A stretch of 64,000 nucleotides of DNA from an uncultured cyanobacterium (GTDB taxonomy: Bacteria; Cyanobacteriota; Cyanobacteriia; Cyanobacteriales; Nostocaceae). This document shows, in pieces, positions 18,990 to 28,139 of this stretch. Below the pieces are notes generated by a model, which had not been told where the DNA came from, made no database searches, and saw only the letters and a list, made by a program, of their open reading frames with translations. The number at the start of each line of letters is the position of its first letter. The stretch's first letter is position 1. The DNA is taken from NCBI GenBank assembly GCA_963740315.1, contig CAVUDP010000002.1:2464001-2528000 (forward strand), in the 5' to 3' direction. Made by a program: the position numbers and the translations under genes.

Positions 18990-19443
18990 CTATTTCATAA
19001 GTGATTTCATGATTCTTATTTCCTCTTTCTGCGTCTGGACAATCTCCGTGCATAGCTTCTGAATACGTGTGTCTGTCAGGGATGCTTGCTGGCATACCAA
19101 AATAGCAGCAGCGTGATGTGGAATCATTGAGCGCAAAAACTGTTGATTTCCTACTCCTGCTTGGGTTCGTACAAGAGTCCAGAACAATAATATCGATGCT
19201 GTTCCACCGATAAGAAGTGCAATGTTTAATTTCTTATTCTTGTACATGGAACCCATTGCTAGCAGCAGCCAGGAGCAGCATCGTCGATACCATCAGTCCT
19301 GACATATACACTTGGTTGAGGCTGATAAAGAAATTACCAAACTCGTTAACCCGCGAAAGCATCAGAACTAACATTACAACATAAGAAATTATCAGTGCAG
19401 TTAGTAAGCTGATATAAGAATTGTTTTTAGACTTGGATTCCAT
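18990..19443 (-). pseudogene. Frameshifted DUF305 (CopM-related) membrane protein
   Basis: ORFs 19234-19443 and 18990-19256 join into one DUF305-type protein (LNQVYM..LM; MYKNKKLN; FLRSMIPHHAAAI..Q..EI..M) with a shift near 19270. Confidence 0.75.
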
Positions 19444-19570
19444 TTTAGATTTCTCCTTGTTAGTTTAAATCAGTTATCAGTTAGGAGTGAGGAGCAAACA
19501 TCTACTATGTATTTCTTTGTTTACTGGTAACTGGTAACTGAAAAGCCTTACGGTTAAAAGTAAATTGAAT

Positions 19571-19909
19571 CTATGCAGCTGCTACAGCGGTAATTTTTTT
19601 GTATTCTTCTACACTGTCCCGACAAGCTTTTGCACACTTTTTACAGTGTTCTGCATCATGCTTTTCACATTCAGTGGCACAGGCTTCACAAATTTCTGCA
19701 CAAGCACGCGCTAAGTGAGGAATGTAACACGAACCACGTACCATATATGTTGCCGCAGTGCGACAGATTTCTGCACAATCTAGACAGCTACGAGCGCATT
19801 GCACCATCTCTGACATACCCATGCAGGCTTCGGCACAGTGTTCGCATTCCACTACACAACGCATTGCAACATCAAAGCTAGACTGATATTCTTCGTGAAC
19901 TAAAAGCAT
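19571..19909 (-). CDS. Four-helix-bundle copper storage protein (DUF326/Csp3-like)
   Basis: 16 Cys in CxxxCxxC patterns, C-terminal H..EHC; no signal peptide. Confidence 0.85.
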   Translation of the reverse strand: MLLVHEEYQSSFDVAMRCVVECEHCAEACMGMSEMVQCARSCLDCAEICRTAATYMVRGSCYIPHLARACAEICEACATECEKHDAEHCKKCAKACRDSVEEYKKITAVAAA

Positions 19910-20021
19910 AATTTTATTTCCTGTTTCAACATGGACGCTTACCTATTGATAGGTAATTATTCCTTTGCTTCGCGTCTATCATTAGAGTTAAATAAAATTT
20001 CTGTCAAAAGAAATACTCTTA

Positions 20022-20038
20022 TTTCACGCTGATTTCAT
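20022..20038 (+). promoter_or_regulatory. Degenerate CopR-type box
   Basis: TTTCACgctgaTTTCAT. Confidence 0.5.
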
Positions 20039-20367
20039 ATTTGTATGCATTCACGTTTTTATAGGTAATACAGCGAGTTTATTATTATCAAATTCTTGTT
20101 TATATCCAAATAAATTAATATTTAAAACATTATAAGATATTTTTTAGAGATAAATAAATATTCACAAAATCTAAATTTACAACTTTTGTTATGCCTCCAA
20201 CTTCTAATAAAAAAAAGAGATGTTTTGTGGTTCATTTGCTGTGGTTTTTGGGGGTTAGAGTTTTTATTCATCATTTGTTGATGGTGTTGACGCATTTGTT
20301 CGGGAGTCATCTTTTTGTGTCAACGTAACTTTAAAAGCTACAAATAAGTTGACACACAAATACGTAA

Positions 20368-20384
20368 TTTCATCTTGATTCCAT
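20368..20384 (+). promoter_or_regulatory. CopR-type box upstream of the DUF411 gene
   Basis: TTTCATcttgaTTCCAT. Confidence 0.6.
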
Positions 20385-20503
20385 TTTTAGAGGTAATACT
20401 TATAAATGAACAAGCAATAATTCACTATATATTTCCCCAACTCAAGATTGACTTTTTAGTTAGCTTGCGAGTTTAGGGCTGAAATTACTATGAGGTTTTA
20501 TTA

Positions 20504-21079
20504 ATGTTTAAATCTAATTCTAAATTGTTGCTTTCTTTAATCGCGGGTGTTGCTGTTGCAGGAGTAGCAGGGACATTCTGGTTTGGGGGAGTGGGAAACA
20601 ATACCCAAACAGTTGCTAACGATTCTCAAGCAATTGCGATGAACAGCATATGGGATAAAGAAACTGAACCTTCTTATTCCGGAGTCAAAGAAGTTACCGT
20701 TTATCGCAGTCCGAACTGTGGCTGTTGTGGTGAATGGGTGAAACATATGGAGAAGGACGGTTTTAAAATTACAGACATTAAAACCGACGATATGGAAGCA
20801 ATCAAGCAGAAATACAACGTACCTAAAAACTTAGCATCTTGTCATACCTCAGTTCTACTAGCCAGTTATGGTAAACAAGTACATCCTAGTACTAAACATA
20901 TTGAGATTTTTATTTTGCTTAGACTTGGAGAAGTTCCTGGAAAAGATTCAATTTTATGGACGATTAATAACTTGAATAGCAATTTTTCGGTTATGGATGT
21001 TAATTCTCAAAAACTGGTACAAAACTTTATGGAAGGAAAACAGACAATATTTCCTCTGCGACGCATAACTATCGGTTGA
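20504..21079 (+). pseudogene. DUF411 (CopG-like) metal-binding protein truncated after SCHT and fused to unrelated sequence
   Basis: YRSPNCGCC..W..H and SCHT present; the family's EGH..GLAVPGMP.G.PGM C-terminus is missing; similarity ends near 20848. Confidence 0.75.
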
Positions 21080-21213
21080 TTATCTAAAATAAACTGCATA
21101 ACCACAACGCCGCTCAGAGTTAAGAATTAATGACGGTTAAGGAAACTGCTCTGAGCCTTCTTTGTAGAAATGCTTGGTTAAATTTGCTTGGTCATTTAAT
21201 ATGCGCTCATATA

Positions 21214-21503
21214 CTAGTAACCATTCTCCGGCCTAAAGGCACGGAGCTTTATCCCCCTCCCCGTGCTACCCACAATAGAAAAGTGTACTTACATGGTTTG
21301 CGGAATTTCAGGCGCGGTTACGGTTCTAGAGGGTGTACTCACCCCCGCACCCCAAGACTCGTTTTTCGTTACTACTCGCAAGACAACTCGGTTACTAGCA
21401 AGCCTTGAGAAAGAGTCAATTCTCTGCGTTAAGCAATTTCACCGTGTTTTTATTCTACCACAATTTAATGTTAATCCGTCTTATAAAGACGGGGTTTCAA
21501 ACC
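21214..21503. mobile_element. Non-autonomous IS200/IS605-like structured element
   Basis: Left hairpin CTCCG-GCC-TAAA-GGC-A-CGGAG (21226-21246); right hairpin CCGTCTT-ATA-AAGACGG (21476-21492) followed by GGTTTCAA; long-range CTAGTAACC/GGTTACTAG pair. Confidence 0.55.
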
Positions 21504-21530
21504 AGCATGAGTTTCGATGATTATAAAAAG

Positions 21531-22928
21531 ATGACTAATCCATCAATATATTGGACGTTAGTAAGAATTAATGCTGCGGGAAATCGCCAAGTTCAGTCGA
21601 TTCCTACAGCAGAGACATTTTTTAACCAAGTATTTGCTAAGTTAATCGATGTCAGCAATACGAATAATAAGGATATTCAATTGCAACTGTTAAATTTATA
21701 TGGGGATGCATCTGATGATAAGAGCGTGAATGCTCAACGCTGTCTGCTGTGCTTTATTTCTTGGGAAATCGAAAAGGTTTGCTTGAATTTAGAAAAACAG
21801 TTTGGTACTGTTGGGGGTTTTACCAGTCGGGATTTACTTCCCTATGTACTTGATGATGATGGCAGGTTGCAGCCGAAAAGCTCTTATCAATGCTATTCTT
21901 TAGTAATTTTGCAAAGTTTTGATATCAATCAAAGTAGTTTATCATCGTGGACAAATAGGAAGGTAAAACAGCATCCGGCTTTAAGTAAATTTCTGCTGGA
22001 ATGTGGAATTTATCTTTTGAGTGATTGGGCAATTCTTAACGATACTCAGCCAAAGCAGTTGGAACGTATTTTAAGTCAATTTCATTCGTTAACTGTGACG
22101 GAAATTCAACACAATAAATGGTTGTTGTCAAGTTATCATACAGTTTATCGCGCCCAAAGGTTAGAGCAACATCGAGCTAGAAATAAAAGTAAATGTCAAC
22201 CACCAACTACACAACAATTACAGCAAATAGGGGATAAATTAAATAGTCTTAGTCGCGGCAAATCGAGCTTTTCTACAGATAATTTAATGGCACAATTGCA
22301 ACAGTTAGCTAAATATCTGCGGGAATATCGAATTCATGTTAGAGGTGGTTCTTTAGCTAGAGAATCCATAGATATTTCTAGTAATCACATTCCTGTTTCA
22401 AACAAGAATAATAACGAGGAAGAAAATCAAACCAGCGAATTTTTAAAATTATATCGTCCCCAGTTTATAGAATGTTTGGATAATGCTTTGGCTACCGTTA
22501 CGCAAACAAGAGTAAATAAAATGCAGCGTAAAGATGTTGTCAAAGCGTCAAAATTTATCAAAGCATTAAAATTATTTCACTGTCAGGGGTTATCGATGAC
22601 AGAAATAGCTAAACGAATAGAGATGAAAGCCCAGTTTCAAGTAACTCGTTTACTCAAATTGAAAGAGTTTCGCGCTGATGTCACCCACGAACTTTTGCTA
22701 ATGTTAAAAACTCGGGTTTTGGAATTAGCACAGAATTATTCTTCTCTGGAAAAGTTACAAGTTTTAGAATCACAAATTACTATTGCGCTGACGGAACAAG
22801 TTACTAATTTGATGACTGAAGCAGAAATAGAAGCTGCTAGTTCGAGAAGTGATTTAAGTATGAGTAGATTTTCTTCGAGATTATGTAAGTATTTAGATTC
22901 AGGGAACAGCGATCGACAAAAATATTAA
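21531..22928 (+). CDS. Cyanobacterial sigma-70-like/HetZ-like protein that partners DUF1822
   Basis: LLPYVLDDDG, SDWAILND, C-terminal HTH QGLSMTEIAKRI..QFQVTRLLKL. True start probably 21507 or 21531 rather than 21405. Confidence 0.6.
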   Translation: MTNPSIYWTLVRINAAGNRQVQSIPTAETFFNQVFAKLIDVSNTNNKDIQLQLLNLYGDASDDKSVNAQRCLLCFISWEIEKVCLNLEKQFGTVGGFTSRDLLPYVLDDDGRLQPKSSYQCYSLVILQSFDINQSSLSSWTNRKVKQHPALSKFLLECGIYLLSDWAILNDTQPKQLERILSQFHSLTVTEIQHNKWLLSSYHTVYRAQRLEQHRARNKSKCQPPTTQQLQQIGDKLNSLSRGKSSFSTDNLMAQLQQLAKYLREYRIHVRGGSLARESIDISSNHIPVSNKNNNEEENQTSEFLKLYRPQFIECLDNALATVTQTRVNKMQRKDVVKASKFIKALKLFHCQGLSMTEIAKRIEMKAQFQVTRLLKLKEFRADVTHELLLMLKTRVLELAQNYSSLEKLQVLESQITIALTEQVTNLMTEAEIEAASSRSDLSMSRFSSRLCKYLDSGNSDRQKY

Positions 22929-22977
22929 AGATAAACAAAAAATATTAATTAATTCAGCAAATATCAATAATAGCAAA

Positions 22978-24318
22978 ATGACTAACTTATCAACAGAAAT
23001 ATTACCAATGACTCTAGAATTTGAACAGTTACCACCAGAAGCAATTACCCTATCGCAATCGCAAATCGATCGAGCGGTAGAATTAAGCAATCAAATTAAA
23101 GATGAATCGAAACAATGGCAAACTTATTTAAATGCTTTAAGTTTATCTGCTTTTGAAATTTGGTTGGAATCAAGAGGTAGTTCTTTTGATATAAATCGTG
23201 ATGAATGTACTGTTTTAGAACCAGGTTTAGCAAATTTAATTCCCGTAGTCGCTAATTTAAAGGTTGGTGAATATAAAGTTTGTCTAATTACCACCGGGAG
23301 TTTCATCGACGAACAAGTTGATCTATCTAAAATAGTTGTAGATTTACCGGAATATATTCCTCATTTTTACGTTTTAGTCGAAGTTATAGAGTCAGAAGAA
23401 AAAGCTGTTATTAAAGGATTTTTATCTTACAAAGAATTATCATCAAGACAGCAAAACGTGAATTTAGAACCGGATTATGATTGGACATACTCCATACCAT
23501 TAACTTGGTTTTGTAACGAACCAGATAGATTATTATTATATTTAAAATGTTTGGAACCAGCAGCAATTGCTTTACCCGCAATACCCGCAAACCGAGTTGA
23601 AAATTTAGAATTAGTTAAAGAAGAACTTATACAAATATTACCACAATTACGAACAAAAGAGATAAAGGAAGTCTTGACATGGAATAGCGCAATCGCCATT
23701 TTTACAACTTCAGAATTAATCGATTGGATATACAACTTACAAACCCAAGAAGAAACATTATCCACAACATCTATACAAGAACATTTATCAGATATATTCA
23801 AATTAATTACCCAACCAGCAATTAATGTCGGACGTTGGTTGTGGGATGAATTAGATACATTAGCGGAAGAAACTTGGAATTTATTACCGAATATTGCACC
23901 ACAGCCAGTAATGCGAAGTCCTGTAGAAGAATTTACAGTAATTAGCTCGCAACTGCAACAACAAGGCTTAGAAATACCCGTTCAAGCGCGGGTTGGTTAT
24001 CAGGATTTATCTTTAGCTGGTGTTCCCTTGAGGTTATATGCAGTCACTTGGCATCTGCTATCAGAATCCGACCCCAATTCATGGACATTGTTGTTAATAT
24101 TAGGTACTCCAGCTTTAGAAAGTTTACCAACAAATTTAAAATTAAGAGTAAGCGATCAAACTTGTGTTTTAGTGGAACAAGAAGTGAATCCAGAATTGGG
24201 GAATAGTTATTTATTTACTAGGGTTGTTGGGAATTTTGATGAAAAGTTTTTGGTGAGTGTAAGTTTGGGGGATGGTGTTGAGGTGAGTTTGCCTTTTGCG
24301 TTTGATATGAGTCGTTAA
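22978..24318 (+). CDS. DUF1822 family protein
   Basis: QWQTYLNAL..WL, PEYIPHFYVLVEV, INVGRWL, LKLRVSDQ. Confidence 0.8.
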   Translation: MTNLSTEILPMTLEFEQLPPEAITLSQSQIDRAVELSNQIKDESKQWQTYLNALSLSAFEIWLESRGSSFDINRDECTVLEPGLANLIPVVANLKVGEYKVCLITTGSFIDEQVDLSKIVVDLPEYIPHFYVLVEVIESEEKAVIKGFLSYKELSSRQQNVNLEPDYDWTYSIPLTWFCNEPDRLLLYLKCLEPAAIALPAIPANRVENLELVKEELIQILPQLRTKEIKEVLTWNSAIAIFTTSELIDWIYNLQTQEETLSTTSIQEHLSDIFKLITQPAINVGRWLWDELDTLAEETWNLLPNIAPQPVMRSPVEEFTVISSQLQQQGLEIPVQARVGYQDLSLAGVPLRLYAVTWHLLSESDPNSWTLLLILGTPALESLPTNLKLRVSDQTCVLVEQEVNPELGNSYLFTRVVGNFDEKFLVSVSLGDGVEVSLPFAFDMSR

Positions 24319-24432
24319 CCTCACCCCTAACCCTCTCCTTGTCAAGGAGAAGGGGAATAATAATTGTAGGGTGTGTATGTTATCGTTTTGCCGTAACGCA
24401 CCATCAACAATCTAATTAATAATAAATAATTT

Positions 24433-25053
24433 TCATATCTCAACATTGCCCGCTGCAAATATCTGATTAGCGGTTAAATTTAATTCTGGGAAAGTAGGAG
24501 AAACAATATTTTCGTTATCTTGGAACTGATTAACCTGATATTCGTTATCAATTAACTGATAAATTGAGATAGTCGGCTGTTTGGGATTGCCTATAAATTT
24601 GCGTCCACCTAATCCTAAATAATCCACAATCCAATATTCGGGAATACCAATTTCCTCGTATTCACCAAGTTTTCTGTAGTAATCGTCGCGCCAATTAGTA
24701 CTGACAACTTCTATAACCAAAGGAATTGATGCTCCAAATTCAACCGTAGAATATTTCTTCCAAAGAGGCTCCGAAGATAAATTAGGACGATTTAAAAGCA
24801 ACACGTCGGGAGAGTAAGAAGATTCACTGCTACGACATCTAACTAAAGCTTGCTTGGGAATAAAATAGGGAAGTTTTAACCGTTTGATTTCCACAGATAT
24901 TTCCAACGCTGCAAAACCAATAACCTCTTCATGTCCTCCTATCGGTTGCGACATCTCAACAATTGCTCCATTATGCAATTCGTAACGTGTGTCTTCCGGC
25001 TTCCACTCTAAGAATTCTTCAACTGTTACTAGTTTTTCTGCGATTTGTGTCAT
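24433..25053 (-). CDS. Uma2 family endonuclease
   Basis: YELHNG, PDV, LVIEVVST, GIPEYWIVD. Confidence 0.9.
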   Translation of the reverse strand: MTQIAEKLVTVEEFLEWKPEDTRYELHNGAIVEMSQPIGGHEEVIGFAALEISVEIKRLKLPYFIPKQALVRCRSSESSYSPDVLLLNRPNLSSEPLWKKYSTVEFGASIPLVIEVVSTNWRDDYYRKLGEYEEIGIPEYWIVDYLGLGGRKFIGNPKQPTISIYQLIDNEYQVNQFQDNENIVSPTFPELNLTANQIFAAGNVEI

Positions 25054-25340
25054 AAGATTTTCTATTATTAATAATTGTAGGGGAGTTCTTAAGTTTATTT
25101 TGGCAAAATTTTAGATAATTAGATAATACCTGGCGGTTGAACCGCACGCCATTTGCTACGTACTGCGGAGACTGGGAGCAACGCAATGGCTTGTCTACAC
25201 AGGCAAAGTCTGAGGTTGCGGACTTTAAATATTTTCTAACTAATTGTAAGGTGTGTTAGGCAATCTAATCATTGGAGCCGTAACTACTAGAGGTAGAACC
25301 TCTATATTGGCATTACAAGCGAGGTTTCTTGTGATGAGAA

Positions 25341-26267
25341 TTAAGACAACTTATTATCCTCTTTCACCAACTTCAAAAATATTTGCGTCAAATCGGCTTC
25401 TGCTTTTTCAACAACTTTTAATTCTAAAGGTTTAATTAGATCGAAGACTTGATAAATCAATTCTGGTTGACTTAGATAAATAATTCTTCTTCGTTCAACT
25501 TCTACACCAATTTTGTCTAACTTTGCAATTCTACCTTCATCCAATACAGATTCCATTTCAATTTTATAAGCTTTACCAGAAAACTTACGAATCAATTCAT
25601 CGGTTGGTAACTCCGTAATAATTTCACCCCTTTGAATAATCGCAATGCGATCGGCAAGTTGTTCGGCAATATCGAGTTGATGAGTTGTTAACAGAATCGC
25701 GCAACCAGATGCAGCAATTTCTCGGATTAATATTTTTACATCTTCCGTTGCTTCCACATCAAGCCCTAAAGTGGGTTCATCTAATAATAAAACTTGCGGT
25801 TGATGAACTAATGCCACAGCAAAAGCTAATTTCTGCTGCATTCCTCGCGAAAGTTGCTGTACTGCGGTACGGCGTTTTTGCTGCAAACCAAATTTTTCTA
25901 AAAGGGCGATTCCCGATTTCCGCGCTTGAGAGTGAGTAAGTCCTTTTAATACTCCAAAATATTCCAAATTCTCTTGAGGAGTCAATCGCCAGTAAACGTT
26001 TCGATTTCCTTCTAAAACAGCACCAAGATTCTCTAATGCATTAGGATTTTGGTGAGGATTTATTCCCGATATTTTTGTCCAACCTGCATCCGGTTTAATT
26101 AATCCCGCCATCATTTTAATACTTGTGGTTTTACCCGCACCGTTAGGACCTAAAAAAGCTACTACTTCCCCAAATCCAATATTTAAAGAAACGTTTTTTA
26201 CTGCTGCTACTATTTGTTTTTTTAAACGGTAAGTTTTTTTCAGATTACAAGCTTCCAGAGCAATCAT
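25341..26267 (-). CDS. ABC-2 type transporter ATP-binding protein (no adjacent permease)
   Basis: GPNGAGKT, LSRGMQQ, LLLDEPT, TTH. Confidence 0.9.
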   Translation of the reverse strand: MIALEACNLKKTYRLKKQIVAAVKNVSLNIGFGEVVAFLGPNGAGKTTSIKMMAGLIKPDAGWTKISGINPHQNPNALENLGAVLEGNRNVYWRLTPQENLEYFGVLKGLTHSQARKSGIALLEKFGLQQKRRTAVQQLSRGMQQKLAFAVALVHQPQVLLLDEPTLGLDVEATEDVKILIREIAASGCAILLTTHQLDIAEQLADRIAIIQRGEIITELPTDELIRKFSGKAYKIEMESVLDEGRIAKLDKIGVEVERRRIIYLSQPELIYQVFDLIKPLELKVVEKAEADLTQIFLKLVKEDNKLS

Positions 26268-26481
26268 ATTGGTAATTTATTGATAAAAAAATCATAGCCC
26301 CCCTTCATAAGAGGATGTTTTCCAAGTATCGTTATCGTTAAGGATTATCCACTTCCCCCATTAAAAAATTGGGCTATAGCCCCCCTTCATAAGGGGGTTG
26401 GGGGGATCTAATTGTGTTAAATACAGTTTTTTTTAATTACTCCTGCCTAATTTTTATAGATAAAAAGGGCTTAAGCCCTTA

Positions 26482-26643
26482 CTACGAACTTGATTTAATT
26501 AACAACTTTTGACGAATATCAATTAATTCGGTTTCAACTCCATTCCATTTTTCAACTTGTTCGTACACAAACTTTGCTACAGGTTCGCTCATTCTACCTT
26601 GACGAGTGGTACCAAGGATAACCGGGATAAAAATATTACTCAT
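26482..26643 (-). pseudogene. NADPH-dependent FMN reductase N-terminal fragment
   Basis: Manual translation MSNIFIPVILGTTRQGRMSEPVAKFVYEQVEKWNGVETELIDIR.., running into a GTTCGTAGTAAG repeat. Confidence 0.65.
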
Positions 26644-26949
26644 GTTTACCTGTTTTTATTCGCAAACATTAAAAAAATATACTTAAATCAATTAAATAGA
26701 AATATTTGTTGATTTATTTTCATGTTTGCATATCCGTTTTACTGCCATCATTAACATAGCTACTTGCTTGATGATTTTTTTAGTCAGGATAAAAATTTAC
26801 GTATTTACAGGCATTAAGATAGATGCAAGTCAATTTTTTTACTTTCAACGCGCTTTTATAGCCAATGTGTTTTATATTTTGATTTTTAAGATTGACAATA
26901 TAATTTGATAAACTTACTACCCGTAAATTCTAAGAAGGTTAATACAGAT

Positions 26950-27762
26950 ATGAGTTCTTATCTAGCAGCTGCGATCCAAATGACAAGCGTGCCCGATTTA
27001 CAAAAGAATTTGGCACAGGCTGAGGAATTAATTGATGTAGCCGTGCGTCGAGGTGCCCAACTCGTGGGTTTACCGGAAAATTTTTCGTTCATGGGAGAAG
27101 AAAAAGACAAGCTTGCACAAGCCGAAGCTATTGGTAAAGAAACTCAAATATTTCTCAAAAAAATGGCGCTGCGTTACCAAGTTAATCTGATTGGTGGTGG
27201 TTTCCCCGTTCCTTCTGGTGAAATTGATAAAGTTTATAATACCGCTTCGCTGATAGATTCCAACGGTGAGGAATTATTGTGCTATCACAAAGTACATTTA
27301 TTCGATGTGAATGTCCCCGACGGGAATACTTATCGAGAATCCAGCACCGTAATGGCAGGTTCGGAACTACCTCCAGTCTACTCCTCGAAAACACTGGGAA
27401 ATATCGGACTTTCAGTTTGCTATGACGTTCGCTTCCCCGAAGTTTATAGACATCTATCAAAAGAGGGTGCCGATGTAATGTTTGTCCCCGCAGCTTTTAC
27501 CGCCTTTACTGGTAAAGATCACTGGCAAGTATTATTACAAGCCCGTGCCATTGAAAACACTTGCTATATTATTGCTCCAGCCCAGACAGGCGTACATTAT
27601 AACCGTCGTCAAACCCACGGACATGCTATGATTATTGACCCCTGGGGAATAATTTTAGCCGATGCTGGCGACCAACCGGGAGTGGCGATCGCCGAAATTA
27701 ATACCGCCAGAATCGAGCAAGTCCGCCGTCAAATGCCAAGTCTGCTACATCGAGTATTTTAA
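26950..27762 (+). CDS. Carbon-nitrogen hydrolase (Nit1-like deaminated glutathione amidase)
   Basis: LPE, YHKVHLFD, VCYDVRFPE, HWQVLLQARAIEN. Confidence 0.9.
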   Translation: MSSYLAAAIQMTSVPDLQKNLAQAEELIDVAVRRGAQLVGLPENFSFMGEEKDKLAQAEAIGKETQIFLKKMALRYQVNLIGGGFPVPSGEIDKVYNTASLIDSNGEELLCYHKVHLFDVNVPDGNTYRESSTVMAGSELPPVYSSKTLGNIGLSVCYDVRFPEVYRHLSKEGADVMFVPAAFTAFTGKDHWQVLLQARAIENTCYIIAPAQTGVHYNRRQTHGHAMIIDPWGIILADAGDQPGVAIAEINTARIEQVRRQMPSLLHRVF

Positions 27763-27808
27763 CTAATTATAAAAGTCAAGCAACCGTTTTAAATAATTCG
27801 TAAAAATT

Positions 27809-27842
27809 AAAAAACCTGGTATCTCAAAGATATCGGGTTTTT
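27809..27842. terminator. Intrinsic terminator, possibly bidirectional
   Basis: AAAAAACCTGGTATC-TCAAA-GATATCGGGTTTTT between convergent genes. Confidence 0.55.
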
Positions 27843-28139
27843 GTTTTTTTAATTACATTAATTAAAATATTATTTCCCAATTCCCTAATCCCTACTCCCT
27901 ACTCCCTAATAAATTGTATCAACAAATCAATATTTAAAGCTACGTTTGTTTGTTCTTAACTTGAGAATTTTACTGTATTAACGCCACAGTTTTAGATCGG
28001 GGTCATCGCGGAAACAAGTCCGAATTCTTCTCATAAAAAGAAGTATGAGGTTAATACCTAAAAATTCCATCCTCGGTGACAAATTTATAATCTGCCTCGA
28101 TAAATCTTACAACCTAAAAAACTTACTATGTATAAGCTA

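Noticed and set aside
20316..20356. Inverted repeat TGTGTCAAC / GTTGACACA
   Set aside because: Only 9-bp arms with a 23-nt spacer and no second copy found; cannot be assigned.
21130..21520. ORFs 21130-21408 and 21263-21520 and the N-terminal extension of 21405
   Set aside because: They overlap the structured non-coding element and show no protein-like features.
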